Positions 44,695 to 54,515 of a stretch of DNA of 64,000 nucleotides are shown here, piece after piece. The stretch is from positions 1 to 64,000 of the forward strand of contig CAVVMW010000021.1 in NCBI GenBank assembly GCA_963749495.1, written 5' to 3'. Below the pieces are notes generated by a model. The model ran no database searches. It saw only the letters and a program-made list of their open reading frames with translations, and was not told the DNA's origin. Origin of the DNA: an uncultured bacterium (GTDB taxonomy: Bacteria > Verrucomicrobiota > Verrucomicrobiia > Limisphaerales > UBA8199). A program made the translations under genes and the position numbers. How positions within the stretch are numbered: position 1 is the stretch's first letter; the number at the start of each line of letters is the position of its first letter.

Positions 44695-45053
44695 GGGTGC
44701 TGCTGGATCACTGCATGCCCCGGCGCTTTCGGCGCCTACTCGGGGGCCACGATGTGCGGACAGCATACGAGATGGGGTGGGCCTCGCTGAGCAACGGCGC
44801 ACTGCTTGCCCAAGCCCGGGGACCTTTTGACGTTTTCGTCACGGTCGATCAGAACGTCCAGTTTCAGCAGAATCTTCTAGCGCTGCCGCTGCCAGTGGTG
44901 GTCATCGTTGCGCCAGACAACCGTTTTGAAACCCTGGCACCATACGCCCCGAGCCTTCTCCGCACCTTGGCGGAACCCTTGGCGCGTGAGTTGATTCGCA
45001 TCGAGTCGCCTGGGCGGGTCGTCCGGCTGCCACCTCGGCCTCCTGGACCCTGA
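44691..45053 (+). CDS. DUF5615 PIN-like toxin
   Basis: VLLDHCMP, GW..L.NG.LL and FVTVDQN; overlaps the DUF433 stop. Confidence 0.85.
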   Translation: MRVLLDHCMPRRFRRLLGGHDVRTAYEMGWASLSNGALLAQARGPFDVFVTVDQNVQFQQNLLALPLPVVVIVAPDNRFETLAPYAPSLLRTLAEPLARELIRIESPGRVVRLPPRPPGP

Positions 45054-45104
45054 ACTTCAACCTGCGCTCTGTTCACTCAATTCCCCCTGCCCGTGACGTG
45101 GGGG

Positions 45105-47599
45105 TTACTGCCCCGGCGCGACGACTTCGAAGGGGATGGCGGGCAGGGTGCCGATGGGGAAACGGCGGCGGTTGGCGGGGGCCTTTTTGCCGGCTGCGGG
45201 CTGGGCATTCTCGGCAAAGGCATTGACGATGAGATTGCCGGCCAGGCCGGGTTTGGCCTTGGCTGCGTCGCAGGCCAGGACCAGTTCCGAGTCCTGATCT
45301 GCGGAGACCACGTCACGGAGGACAATCCCGTCCGGAGGTTGGCTCAGCTCGAACTGGGCCTTGCCAAAGAAGGCCGCGAGAGCGCGGGAAAGCGGGACAC
45401 GCACGCTGCCGCCGGCGGGGAGTCGGACCAGGTCGGGTCTTTGGAATGTGGCCCTGGGCCGTGGGCGGCCAATGACCGCGGCCTGGAGTTCCTGGGCCGG
45501 GACCAGGTGGTGGTAGGCGAAGGCCTGCATCATATCGTCTGCGGGCACGGCCGGGCGGATGACCCTGCGGCCAGCGATGGTGGCCCGCCCTTGGATGGAG
45601 AGGGTGAACGGTTCATCGCTGGGCATTGGCGGGGCGGTGAGCGTGAGGCGGATCTGGTCCTGGCCGGCGGGCACACGGGCGCCACTCAGGGCGAACCCGG
45701 CGGGGGCGTCCTTGAGGGCGAGGGTGATTTCGTTGGTAAACCCGTCTTTGCGCAGCGCATAGACTGTGATCGGGATAGTCGCGCCGGCGCGGAGCGTCAG
45801 GCTGGAGGGGACGACCCGCAGCGCGAAATCGGGCTGGGGATCGCTCAGGCGCAGGCGATACGTGTAGTCCGGGCCGCCTTTGTGCTGGGCGTCGCCCAGA
45901 TGGAGGAAGTAGGTCCCGTCGGCCGGCAGAACGGCCGTTAGATACGAATCGGCGTGGTGCGTGCTGAGGCCCGAACCTTTGTCCTCGAAATCGTCATTGA
46001 AGGCAAGCTGGCGCCCGGTGGCATCGGTCAGCTTGAGCACTGAATCGAGCGGCGAGTCGAGCCGCCGCGCGCAGACTTCGGCCACGACCTGCTCACCGGC
46101 GTGTCCATCGAAGTGGAACAGGTCCCAGTCGCCCGGCGGGTCGATGCGCCCATTGACGATGATGGGGAGGGTGAGCGGTTGGGCGCTCTGCGGGGTGTTG
46201 TTGGGCTCGAGTTCCCGGGTCTCGGGCAAGGTGTCTGCCGCGAACGGAACGAGATTGGAAACCCACTCGCCGTTGCGCACCGAGAGCCAGTGAGTCCCCG
46301 GCTCGTTGAATGAGACGCTGAGCTTGCCGGCAGGCAAGTTCCATCCGGTGACTTCGATGCTGGTCTGGGCGCCGGCCGGGCCACCGAGCGGGAAGATGCC
46401 CGTCACAAAGGGCAACTCGCCGATGGCGATGCGATAGACAAAATCCTCGCGTCCGCGGTAGAGGGCGTCCTTGATGGCGATGGCATACTCGCCGTCCTTG
46501 GGGACTTTGTAGAACAGGACCGGGTCGGGGTGGAAGCGATAGTTATCTTCGTAGGCCAACTCCTTGCCGTGGGAATCGTAGAGCGTCAAGGCGGCCTGGA
46601 ACCACCCGGGCACGGCGTCGGCCAGGTAAGGGATCAACTCCCGCGCGCTGACGGCGATGACCAACTGCTGGCCTGCACGAGCGTGAAAGCGGTAGCGGTC
46701 GACTTGGCCCGGCAGGATTTGGCCGTTGATGACCGCCGGGAGGGTCACGGGCATATCGACCGGCGGTGTGTCGGGGCGTCCGTTGTTGCCTCGGGCCGGC
46801 CTCGGCAAGGGCGGCTGGGCGGGCTCAGGCCGTTTCTGCCGCAACTCGGGGAGCAGGCCCACGCGGAAGAGCAGGGGATTGGAGAGCCCGGTTGCGGTGC
46901 GCAGGCGCAACTCCCGAGTGCCCGGCTCAGCCTCCGCCGCAACGGCAACTTCGAGGCTGACTGTCTCAGCGATCGCGGGATTAGCCGAGCGCCGCTGGAA
47001 GGCAGCCAGTTTCTTGAGGATCTCCTGCACCATTTGCCGGTCCTCGGCGGTCCAGGTGACGTTGGTCGAGCCTGGCTTCTCGGCGGCGTCGGGGCGCTTG
47101 TTGTCCAAAGCGCGCGCGCGCTTGTCCCGCAGTTCTTTGAGTTTCTCTCGCAGGTCGTTGGCCTGTTTGGGGGTCAGCGGCTTCTCCTGCCGGAGGAGGG
47201 TGGCGCGCAGGCTGGCCCGGAGAAATTGGCGTTGGTTGCCCCGTCGAGGAACTGGCCGCCGACGGTCACTTGGAAGGTGGCGCCCTGGCGTCCGCCGGCG
47301 GGATAGACATAGCCGATGTGGGGCGGTGCCGGCTGGCCGTGGGCGGCAAGGCACAGAGCGAGGCAACAGAGAGCGGCGCCAAGGCCGCGCAAGACCACAA
47401 ACGGAGGACCTTTGTCGAAACCTTTGTCGAAACCTTTGTCGAAACCTTTGTCGAAACCTTTGTCGCAGCCTTTGTCGAAACCTTTGTCGGATCGGCCATT
47501 TTTCGACAAAGGCTGCGACAAAGGTGCCGACAAAGGTCCGGACTTGGACCCCCGGCGGCCATCTTTCAACCCTCCGCGCTGAGGCGGATGGGCCCTCAT
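45105..47599 (-). CDS. Secreted PPC-domain (pre-peptidase-like) protein, frameshift near 47222
   Basis: PHIGYVYPAGGRQG in one frame; EPNNT, NGRID...DLF and DSVLKL PPC repeats in the other; ATGA-coupled to DUF1501. Confidence 0.78.
47406..47540. repeat. Family B 12-mer array (seven plus three units) within the PPC gene 5' end
   Basis: (ACCTTTGTCGAA)n ... (CGACAAAGG)n. Confidence 0.9.
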
Positions 47600-48939
47600 G
47601 TAATCTCAGCCAATGCCCCGCCGCTGGGCAGGCCCTCGCCGGGAGCGGGGATGGCAGTAACGGCAAGGCCCTGCGGATGGGGCAGCCTGGCTGTGGCGCT
47701 GATGCCCAGCAGTTCGTAGATGCTGTGGATCAGATCGCAGGGATAAACCGGGCGGTCTTTGACTTCTTCGCCTCGAGCGTCGGAGGCCCCGACGAGCTGT
47801 CCGCCCTTGAAACCGCCGCCGGCGACGACGGCGCTGAAGACCTGGCCATAATGACCGCGGCCGCCGTTCCAGGGCTCCTCCCATTGAATCCGTGGGGTGC
47901 GGCCGAACTCGCCGATGACCCAGACGATGGTGCTGTCGAGCAGGCCGCGCTCGGCCAGGTCCTGGAGCAGGGTTGCCAGGCCCTTGTCCAGCTCGGGCAG
48001 TTTGCGGCGCATGGCCGGGAAATTCTGTTTGTGGGTGTCCCAGCCGCCGTTGTTGATAGTCACGCAGGGGACGCCACGTTCGACCAATCGGCGAGCAACC
48101 AGGCAGGATTGGCCGAAGGTGGTCCGGCCGTACTGGTCGCGGAGGGTGTCTTTTTCCTGGGATAGCTCGAACACCTTGCCGGCATCGCCGAGGATGAGGT
48201 CATAGGCCTCGTTCTCGCACTGGGCCAGGGCGTTGAGCCGGGGGTCGCCTTTCATGGCGTGTTCGAGGGTGTTGAGGTTGTGCAGGAGTTGGCGGCGGTT
48301 GCGCTGGCGCTCATCGGAGATGCCCGGCGCCGCGACGCCCTCGACCATGAAGCGGCTCTGGGCAGGGTCGCCGCCCGTGGCAAACGGCTTGTAGCGCGTC
48401 CCCAGGAAACCGGCCTCGGAAAACCGCCCCTGCGGCTGGGTCAGGACGACATAGGGCGGGATCAGGCCCCGATAGCCGGCGTCATAGCCCTTGAACAGCG
48501 AGACCACGGCGCCTACCGAGGGAAAGACGTCGCGCCCGCCGGACATCCGGCCAGTCTGGACGGTATAGGAGGCGGTCTCATGGGCGTTCACACCGTGGGT
48601 CATGCTGCGGATGATGGAGAATTTGTCGGCCTGTTTGGCCAGCAACGGCAGCAACTCGCAAATTCGTGTGCCGGCCACGGTGGCAGCAATCGGCTTATTG
48701 AGCGGGCCGCAGTAATCGTAGCCGGCCTCGGGTTTTGGATCAAAGGTGTCCAGGTGGGGAGGGCCGCCCCCCAACCAGAGCTGGATGACGGCCTTGGCCT
48801 TGGCCGGAGTGGCTGCCAGGACGCGCAGGCCCAGCTTGTCCCACAGCACCGCCCCTGCCACCCCCAAAAACCCAAGCCGCAGGGCCTCCCGCCTCGAGAT
48901 GTCAGGCAAAACCATCCTTGAACTCAACTCGATGCGCAT
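47596..48939 (-). CDS. DUF1501-domain protein
   Basis: SRREAL, GGPPHLDTFDPKP, GWDTH, GEFGRTP and GRGH motifs. Confidence 0.92.
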   Translation of the reverse strand: MRIELSSRMVLPDISRREALRLGFLGVAGAVLWDKLGLRVLAATPAKAKAVIQLWLGGGPPHLDTFDPKPEAGYDYCGPLNKPIAATVAGTRICELLPLLAKQADKFSIIRSMTHGVNAHETASYTVQTGRMSGGRDVFPSVGAVVSLFKGYDAGYRGLIPPYVVLTQPQGRFSEAGFLGTRYKPFATGGDPAQSRFMVEGVAAPGISDERQRNRRQLLHNLNTLEHAMKGDPRLNALAQCENEAYDLILGDAGKVFELSQEKDTLRDQYGRTTFGQSCLVARRLVERGVPCVTINNGGWDTHKQNFPAMRRKLPELDKGLATLLQDLAERGLLDSTIVWVIGEFGRTPRIQWEEPWNGGRGHYGQVFSAVVAGGGFKGGQLVGASDARGEEVKDRPVYPCDLIHSIYELLGISATARLPHPQGLAVTAIPAPGEGLPSGGALAEIT

Positions 48940-48999
48940 ATCAGGACACTGCTAATTGCAGTTATTCAGACGCTTGCCCAAGAGCGAATGTTACAGCAG

Positions 49000-49421
49000 G
49001 ATCATGGAAGAAAGAATCATCAGAAACAGAATCATTTTTGGCAGAACAGAGAGATGCATTGGGCCTGGGATTCATGATGGGTTTGCTTTTCCGAGGTCTT
49101 GCTCCTTACCGTGAAAATGTCCGGAATTCAATTCGCGCATGGTTCAGATTCACCCACTGGAGAAACGGGAGCCTGGTGTGCGCCAGGAACCGGCGTTGGT
49201 GTTGCGCCGCACGATCATGGAAGAAAGAATCATCAGAAACAGAATCATTTTTGGCAGAACGGAGAGATGCATCGGGCCTGGGATTCATGATGGGTTTGCT
49301 TTTCCGAGGTCTTGCTCCTTACCGTGAAAGTGTCCGGAATTCAATTCGCGCATGGTTCAGATTCACCCACTGGAGAAACGGGAGCCTGGTGTGCGCCAGG
49401 AACCGGCGTTGGTGTTGCGCC
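49000..49421. repeat. 209-bp tandem duplication (period 213) of the GxxExxY gene 3' end
   Basis: 49000-49208 versus 49213-49421, three substitutions seen. Confidence 0.9.
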
Positions 49422-50122
49422 ATCTGCTCGATGCTCTTGGTAACTGCTGTGAGCCTGAACGCCGTGTCCCCAATTACCAGCCCAATCTTCTGCCTGCCGA
49501 GCAAACGAACCCCGTCCCATAGTTCCACTTCACCGGGCTCTGCATTCGGACCATTGAGCAAATGGTTCATCGCCTCGCGGTAGGGGCTTATCTCGAGGAA
49601 TGCCCCCCAGTCCTCCAATAGCTCGATGAGCTTCCTCCTGAACGTGCCGCTTGCCACGTCGAGCTCACGCCATTCATCGTCCACAATGCAAAACCTCCTC
49701 CTCTGGGCCGCGTCCAGGGTAGTCGATACAAACTCCCATTCGACGCTCGGTGGGCGAAGATTGAGCAGTTTTCCATGCCTCAAACCGGCCATCAGGAGGT
49801 AATTGAGCGCCTGTGCGCGGTGGGCTGGGCTGATGGCCTCCGCTGTCTTCACCTCAACCATCATCCCATGCGCGAAGACAAGGTCCATGTAGTAGTCCTT
49901 TCGAAAGGACTCATGCGTAAGACGAATCCGGACCTCCTTCTCAATTGGTGCAATGCCTGATTCGGTGCATCGCCCTGCGATAGCCCCCTTGTACAACTCC
50001 TCATCCAAGAGCCTGCCAAATTCGTTGTGGACCGCGAAAACGGCCCCCATGACTCGCTTGTCCATTGCATGGAACTCCTCCTGGCCAAAGGCCCGTATTT
50101 CCGTGGCAACTTCGATCGGCAT
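49319..50122 (-). CDS. GxxExxY-family protein (PD-(D/E)XK-like), long form
   Basis: VHNEFGRLLDEELY, MDLV...VEVK, H.AQ.LNYL motifs. Confidence 0.85.
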   Translation of the reverse strand: MPIEVATEIRAFGQEEFHAMDKRVMGAVFAVHNEFGRLLDEELYKGAIAGRCTESGIAPIEKEVRIRLTHESFRKDYYMDLVFAHGMMVEVKTAEAISPAHRAQALNYLLMAGLRHGKLLNLRPPSVEWEFVSTTLDAAQRRRFCIVDDEWRELDVASGTFRRKLIELLEDWGAFLEISPYREAMNHLLNGPNAEPGEVELWDGVRLLGRQKIGLVIGDTAFRLTAVTKSIEQMAQHQRRFLAHTRLPFLQWVNLNHARIEFRTLSR

Positions 50123-50226
50123 GAGTGGCAGAATGATGGAAGATGTCAGCAGAATCCAGCCTTCATGGTTCTGCCAATAATGATTCTGTTTTGTCAGGAA
50201 CCTCTCATCAATGATTCTGCCCGGGG

Positions 50227-51810
50227 TCAGTGGCGGTAGAGGAACTCGGGGGTGTTGATCAGGGCCCAGGCCAGGTCAATGGCGCCCTCGCGGCCTGTGG
50301 CGCCGCTGGACTGGGCGTATTGGGTCGCGGCGTCCAGTTCCTGGCCGGTCGGCAGGCGCGAGAGGATGAGCAGGTAAAGGCGGTTGACGACCTGGCGGGG
50401 GTTCTCGGCGGATTGGAGGAAGGCGCGCAGTTTTGGGCCCTGTTCAAGTTTGCGCTGGAGGTGGCTGGAGTTGAGCAGGTGCAGGCATTGGGCGGCGGTG
50501 GCGCGGTTGTTGCGCTCCGATTCCAGGCCGGTGTCGCGCGCCGGGCGGCCGAACAGTTCGAGGAAGGAGCTGGTGATGCTGGCGTCGGCCAAGGCGATCG
50601 AGCGCTGGTCCTCGGGAACGAAGGTGAAAGGCTCGGGAATGGGGCTGGAGTAATCTTCAGTGGTGCCCGTAATCTGGTCCAGGGCATCGATGAGGACTTC
50701 GGCTTCGAGGCGGCGCAGGGGGTAGCAGGCGAAGTTGGCCTCGGCTTCCGGCTGCCTGGCCTGGGGTATGGAGGAGAGTTGGTAGGTCGTTGAGTTGAGG
50801 ATGAGCCGGAAGAGGCGCTTGAGGTCGTAATGGGCGGCGATGAGTTCGCGCTCGAGCAGGGCGAGCAATTCCGGGTTGCTGGGGGGATTGTCGGGCCGGA
50901 AGTCGTCCGGCTCATGGACGATACCCCGGCCCAGCAGCCAGGACCAGACCCGGTTGGCGATGTTGGCGGTGAACCAGGGATTGGCGGGATGGATGAGCCA
51001 GTCTGCAAAGACCTCGCGCGGGTCTCGCCCGGGCGTCAAGGCAGCCGGCAGGCCGTCGGGAAACACGGCAGCCGGGGGCGGATTGGTCGAGGTCTTTTGC
51101 GGATCGAAGATGACGATTTCTTCTTTCCACTCGGCGGTGCATTTGTAGCCGACCTGGGAAAAGAAGGCGGCCATGCCGGTCCAGCGCGCGTTGGACCAGG
51201 CGGCGGGCCGCACGCCCATGAAGGTGAGCGCCACGGCCTGGGCGATGGCCGGGGGCTCCTTGCTTTGGAGGGCGCGGTAGAAATTGACCTGGGGCGCGCG
51301 GAAGTTGCTGCCGCTGGCGGTGAGCAGTTCGCGCGCGAATTGGTCGTAGGGCAGGTTCTGCCGCAGGCCCTCGCGAATCCAGCGGTGATAGGCCTGGACG
51401 GCGTTGGGCCAGAGGTTGATGGGGAACTCCGACTTAACCCGGAGCAGGTCGCTCCATTTCATGGCCCAGTAGTCCGCAAATTCATCCCGCGCCAGGAGCC
51501 GTTCGATCAGGGCGCTGCGTTTGTTGGGGCTCGAGTCCGCCAGGAAGGTCCGTGCCTCCTGCGGCGTCGGCAGCGTCCCGATCACGTCCAGCCAGGCGCG
51601 CCGCGCGAAGACCGCATCCGAGCAGACATGGGCGGGCTTGAGGCCCAGTTGCTCGAGCCGCCGGAAGACCAGTTCATCAACCTGGTTCCGGGGCGTTGGC
51701 GGTCCGGGCTGCTCAAACGGGCCCACTGCAGGCGCGGGCGCGGCCCCCTGGGCCGCCGCGTTCAGCAAGGCCAGCGCCCAGATTAAGGCAAATGTCGGAG
51801 ATGGGTTCAT
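50227..51810 (-). CDS. DUF1549/DUF1553-domain protein
   Basis: LDVIGTLPT, NRVW..LLGRGIV, PPSNPELL, RRLEAEVL and EFLYRH motifs. Confidence 0.92.
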   Translation of the reverse strand: MNPSPTFALIWALALLNAAAQGAAPAPAVGPFEQPGPPTPRNQVDELVFRRLEQLGLKPAHVCSDAVFARRAWLDVIGTLPTPQEARTFLADSSPNKRSALIERLLARDEFADYWAMKWSDLLRVKSEFPINLWPNAVQAYHRWIREGLRQNLPYDQFARELLTASGSNFRAPQVNFYRALQSKEPPAIAQAVALTFMGVRPAAWSNARWTGMAAFFSQVGYKCTAEWKEEIVIFDPQKTSTNPPPAAVFPDGLPAALTPGRDPREVFADWLIHPANPWFTANIANRVWSWLLGRGIVHEPDDFRPDNPPSNPELLALLERELIAAHYDLKRLFRLILNSTTYQLSSIPQARQPEAEANFACYPLRRLEAEVLIDALDQITGTTEDYSSPIPEPFTFVPEDQRSIALADASITSSFLELFGRPARDTGLESERNNRATAAQCLHLLNSSHLQRKLEQGPKLRAFLQSAENPRQVVNRLYLLILSRLPTGQELDAATQYAQSSGATGREGAIDLAWALINTPEFLYRH

Positions 51811-51885
51811 GGAGTCGGACGGGCCGGACACGTGAGACAACCGCGAATGAATGACGCCTTCGGCGTCGTGGCAATGACGCGCGGG

Positions 51886-52146
51886 CTACTGTTTCCCGGG
51901 CAATTCCTGCGGCTCGGCCTGCGGCTCGGCGGCGCCCGGCGGGCCGGCCCTGCGGCCGCGCCAGGCCATGATGAGCATCGCCACCCCGAAGACCAGCAGC
52001 ACCCCTCCCCACCGCAGGTTGACATTGATGTCGAGCGAGCGTTTGTAGAGCTCGGTGTCCGAGCCGCTCACCAGGCCGAAGATGAAGAGCATCGCGCCGA
52101 TGAGCGTAAACATGAGGCCGATTGGCCAGCGAATATCCAGACCCAT
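51886..52146 (-). CDS. Small 2-TM partner of the sodium:solute symporter
   Basis: DIRWPIG...NVNLRWG motif directly downstream of the SSS gene. Confidence 0.75.
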   Translation of the reverse strand: MGLDIRWPIGLMFTLIGAMLFIFGLVSGSDTELYKRSLDINVNLRWGGVLLVFGVAMLIMAWRGRRAGPPGAAEPQAEPQELPGKQ

Positions 52147-52168
52147 ATAGTTGGTTCTTTCTGTAGCT

Positions 52169-54187
52169 CTAGCGGAAAATGATGTTGAGCACCAGGCACG
52201 CGGCCAGAAGGGCCACGCCCAGCGTCGCCGGGCGCAGGTACCAGGCCCGCTCTTCGTCCCTGAGCTTGGGCGTGAGCGAATAGACCAGGCCCTTGAGTTC
52301 CTCGTTGCTCTTGGTCCGCCGGGTCACGAGCGAGATGACCACGGTCAGGCCAAAGCAAACGATGAATGCGAAGCTGGCCAGCCAGAAATTCTGGGCCATC
52401 TCGCTCGGGAAGGTCTGGAGCAGGCCGACGTAACCGCCCTTGACGCCCGGCGTATTGCCGGCGGCCAGAGTCAGCGAGTGGAAGATGGCCGAGGCGCTGA
52501 TGCCGCCAAACAGGCCGAGGAAGGCCCCGGTCCCGGTGCAGCGTGCCCAGAACATGCCCAAAAGGAACGTGGCGAAGAGGGGCGCGTTCACGAAGCCGAA
52601 AACGAGCTGGATGATGTCCATGGCATTGTTGTACTGCTTGGCGAAATAGGCGCAGGCAATGCTCAGCAAAATTCCCACGACCGTGACCGCCTGGCCCATC
52701 CAGAAGTAGTGCTGGTCGCTCTTGTTCCGGCCAATGTAGGCCTGGTACAAATCGTAGGTCCACACGGTGTTGAAGGCGGTGACGTTGCCCGCCATGCCGG
52801 ACATGAACGAGGCCAGCAGCGCCGTCAAGGCCAGGCCCAGCAGGCCCGTCGGGCAGTATTTCTTGACCAGGGAATAGATGACGCTGTCATAGTCATGATC
52901 GGTAATCGTGCTGCTGAAGGCGGCCAGGAACTCCGAGCGCAGGGCATTGTCTTGACCGGTCTGGGTCTTGTCGATCGGCTTGTCGGCGTAGGTCTGGACC
53001 ACTTCCGCCAGCCTGGCCTGGTCGAAGCCCAGGAGCTTCTTGGGCTTGCCGGTCTTTGCGTTGATCCCATTTTGGGCGGCGCTGACTTGCTCGATGATCT
53101 GCGGCAGGGCGGCCCGGACATCGCCCTTGGGCGCGGCCTTGATGGCCATCACGGCCGCCGTTACGGCTTTGGCCTCCAGCGCCGGCGGCGGGATGCGGTA
53201 ATGTTTGGAGGGGATGGCGGTCAGCGCCACGGCGATCATGCCCGGCAGGATGACCAGGGCCGGGAAGAGCATCTTGGGCACCGCGGCGATCAGGGGCGTC
53301 TGGCGGGCGGCGCGCATGTTCCGGGCGGCCATGGCCCGCTGGACCACCAGGAAGTTCGTGCACCAGTAGCCGAACGAAAGCACAAAGCCCAGCCCGAAGA
53401 CCATCGCAAAAATATCCACGCCCATCGGGTTGGCCGTGGGCCCGCCCAGCAGCGGCTGCCAGGCGCTGGTCCAACCGTTGGGCCCGTAGGAGGTGCCGGC
53501 ATCCTTGAGGTGCAGCGCCGCCGGGTCCACCGACACCCCGCTCAACACCTTGGTCATCGCGTCCCAGCCCCCGATGTCCTGCAACCCCAGATAGACCACC
53601 GGCGCGAAGCCGAGCACGATCATGAAAAATTGCAGCACCTCGGTGTAAATCGCCGAGGTCAGCCCCCCCTTGAGCACATAGACCAGCACCACCGCCGAGC
53701 AGATCCAGAGCGCCACGTGGTAGTTCCAGCCCAGGAGCTGGTTCAGGAGCTTGGCCAGCGCGTTCATCGAGATGCCCGAGGCGAAAACCGTCATCACGGC
53801 AAAGGCAATCGAGTTGAGCGCCCGCACCCGCTCGTCGAACCGCATCTTCAAATACTCCGGCACCGACCGCGCCCGCGACCCATAGTAAAACGGCATCATG
53901 AAGATCGCCAGGAACACCATCGCCGGGATGGCGCCGACCCAGTAGAAATGGCAGGTGGCGATCCCGTACTTGGCGCCGCTGGCCGCCATGCCCACCAACT
54001 CGAGCGCCCCCAGATTGGCCGAGATGAACGCCAGCCCCGTCACCCACGCCGGAATGGACCGCCCGGACGTCAGAAAGTCCGAAGAACTCTTCAGATAGCG
54101 TCTCAGGGCAAACCCGATGCCGATAACGAAGATTACGTAAATGGCGAGGATAGCGTAATCCAGGAAGCCGAGTTGGGCGTTTTGCAT
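52169..54187 (-). CDS. Sodium:solute symporter family protein
   Basis: SGRSIPAWVTGLAF, SVPEYL, YWCTNFLVVQR and ASFMS motifs. Confidence 0.93.
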   Translation of the reverse strand: MQNAQLGFLDYAILAIYVIFVIGIGFALRRYLKSSSDFLTSGRSIPAWVTGLAFISANLGALELVGMAASGAKYGIATCHFYWVGAIPAMVFLAIFMMPFYYGSRARSVPEYLKMRFDERVRALNSIAFAVMTVFASGISMNALAKLLNQLLGWNYHVALWICSAVVLVYVLKGGLTSAIYTEVLQFFMIVLGFAPVVYLGLQDIGGWDAMTKVLSGVSVDPAALHLKDAGTSYGPNGWTSAWQPLLGGPTANPMGVDIFAMVFGLGFVLSFGYWCTNFLVVQRAMAARNMRAARQTPLIAAVPKMLFPALVILPGMIAVALTAIPSKHYRIPPPALEAKAVTAAVMAIKAAPKGDVRAALPQIIEQVSAAQNGINAKTGKPKKLLGFDQARLAEVVQTYADKPIDKTQTGQDNALRSEFLAAFSSTITDHDYDSVIYSLVKKYCPTGLLGLALTALLASFMSGMAGNVTAFNTVWTYDLYQAYIGRNKSDQHYFWMGQAVTVVGILLSIACAYFAKQYNNAMDIIQLVFGFVNAPLFATFLLGMFWARCTGTGAFLGLFGGISASAIFHSLTLAAGNTPGVKGGYVGLLQTFPSEMAQNFWLASFAFIVCFGLTVVISLVTRRTKSNEELKGLVYSLTPKLRDEERAWYLRPATLGVALLAACLVLNIIFR

Positions 54188-54261
54188 AAGTTCTGGTATG
54201 CGAATTGCAAGTGGTTTAGAGATTTTTAAGAAGTATGTCAACGCGACAAAAGGGCAGACTG

Positions 54262-54494
54262 CGAATGACGAATGACGAATGACGAATGACGAATGCGTCG
54301 GCTATCGGCTATTGTCTATCGGCTATCTGGCGCGAATGACGAATGACGAATGACGAATGCGTCGGCTATCGGCTATTGTCTATCGGCTATCTGGCGCGAA
54401 TGACGAATGACGAATGACGAATGACGAATGACGAACGCAGAGGGCCTTCTTCCCATGATTTTGCCACCCATGATTTTGCCTTCCCTGATTTTGC
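54262..54494. repeat. Higher-order array of GAATGAC and GCTATCG heptamers plus a 15-mer (CCATGATTTTGCC) x3
   Basis: Composite unit duplicated in tandem. Confidence 0.9.
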
Positions 54495-54515
54495 GCCGGG
54501 GGCTAATTTCAGCGG

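Noticed and set aside
49000..49421. Duplication as a DGR template/variable repeat pair (an Avd-like gene is in the window)
   Set aside because: No reverse transcriptase is present, and the three differences are not all adenine-specific on one strand.
54262..54435. Arrays as CRISPR
   Set aside because: Units are 7-12 nt, the intervening segments are identical rather than unique spacers, and there are no cas genes.
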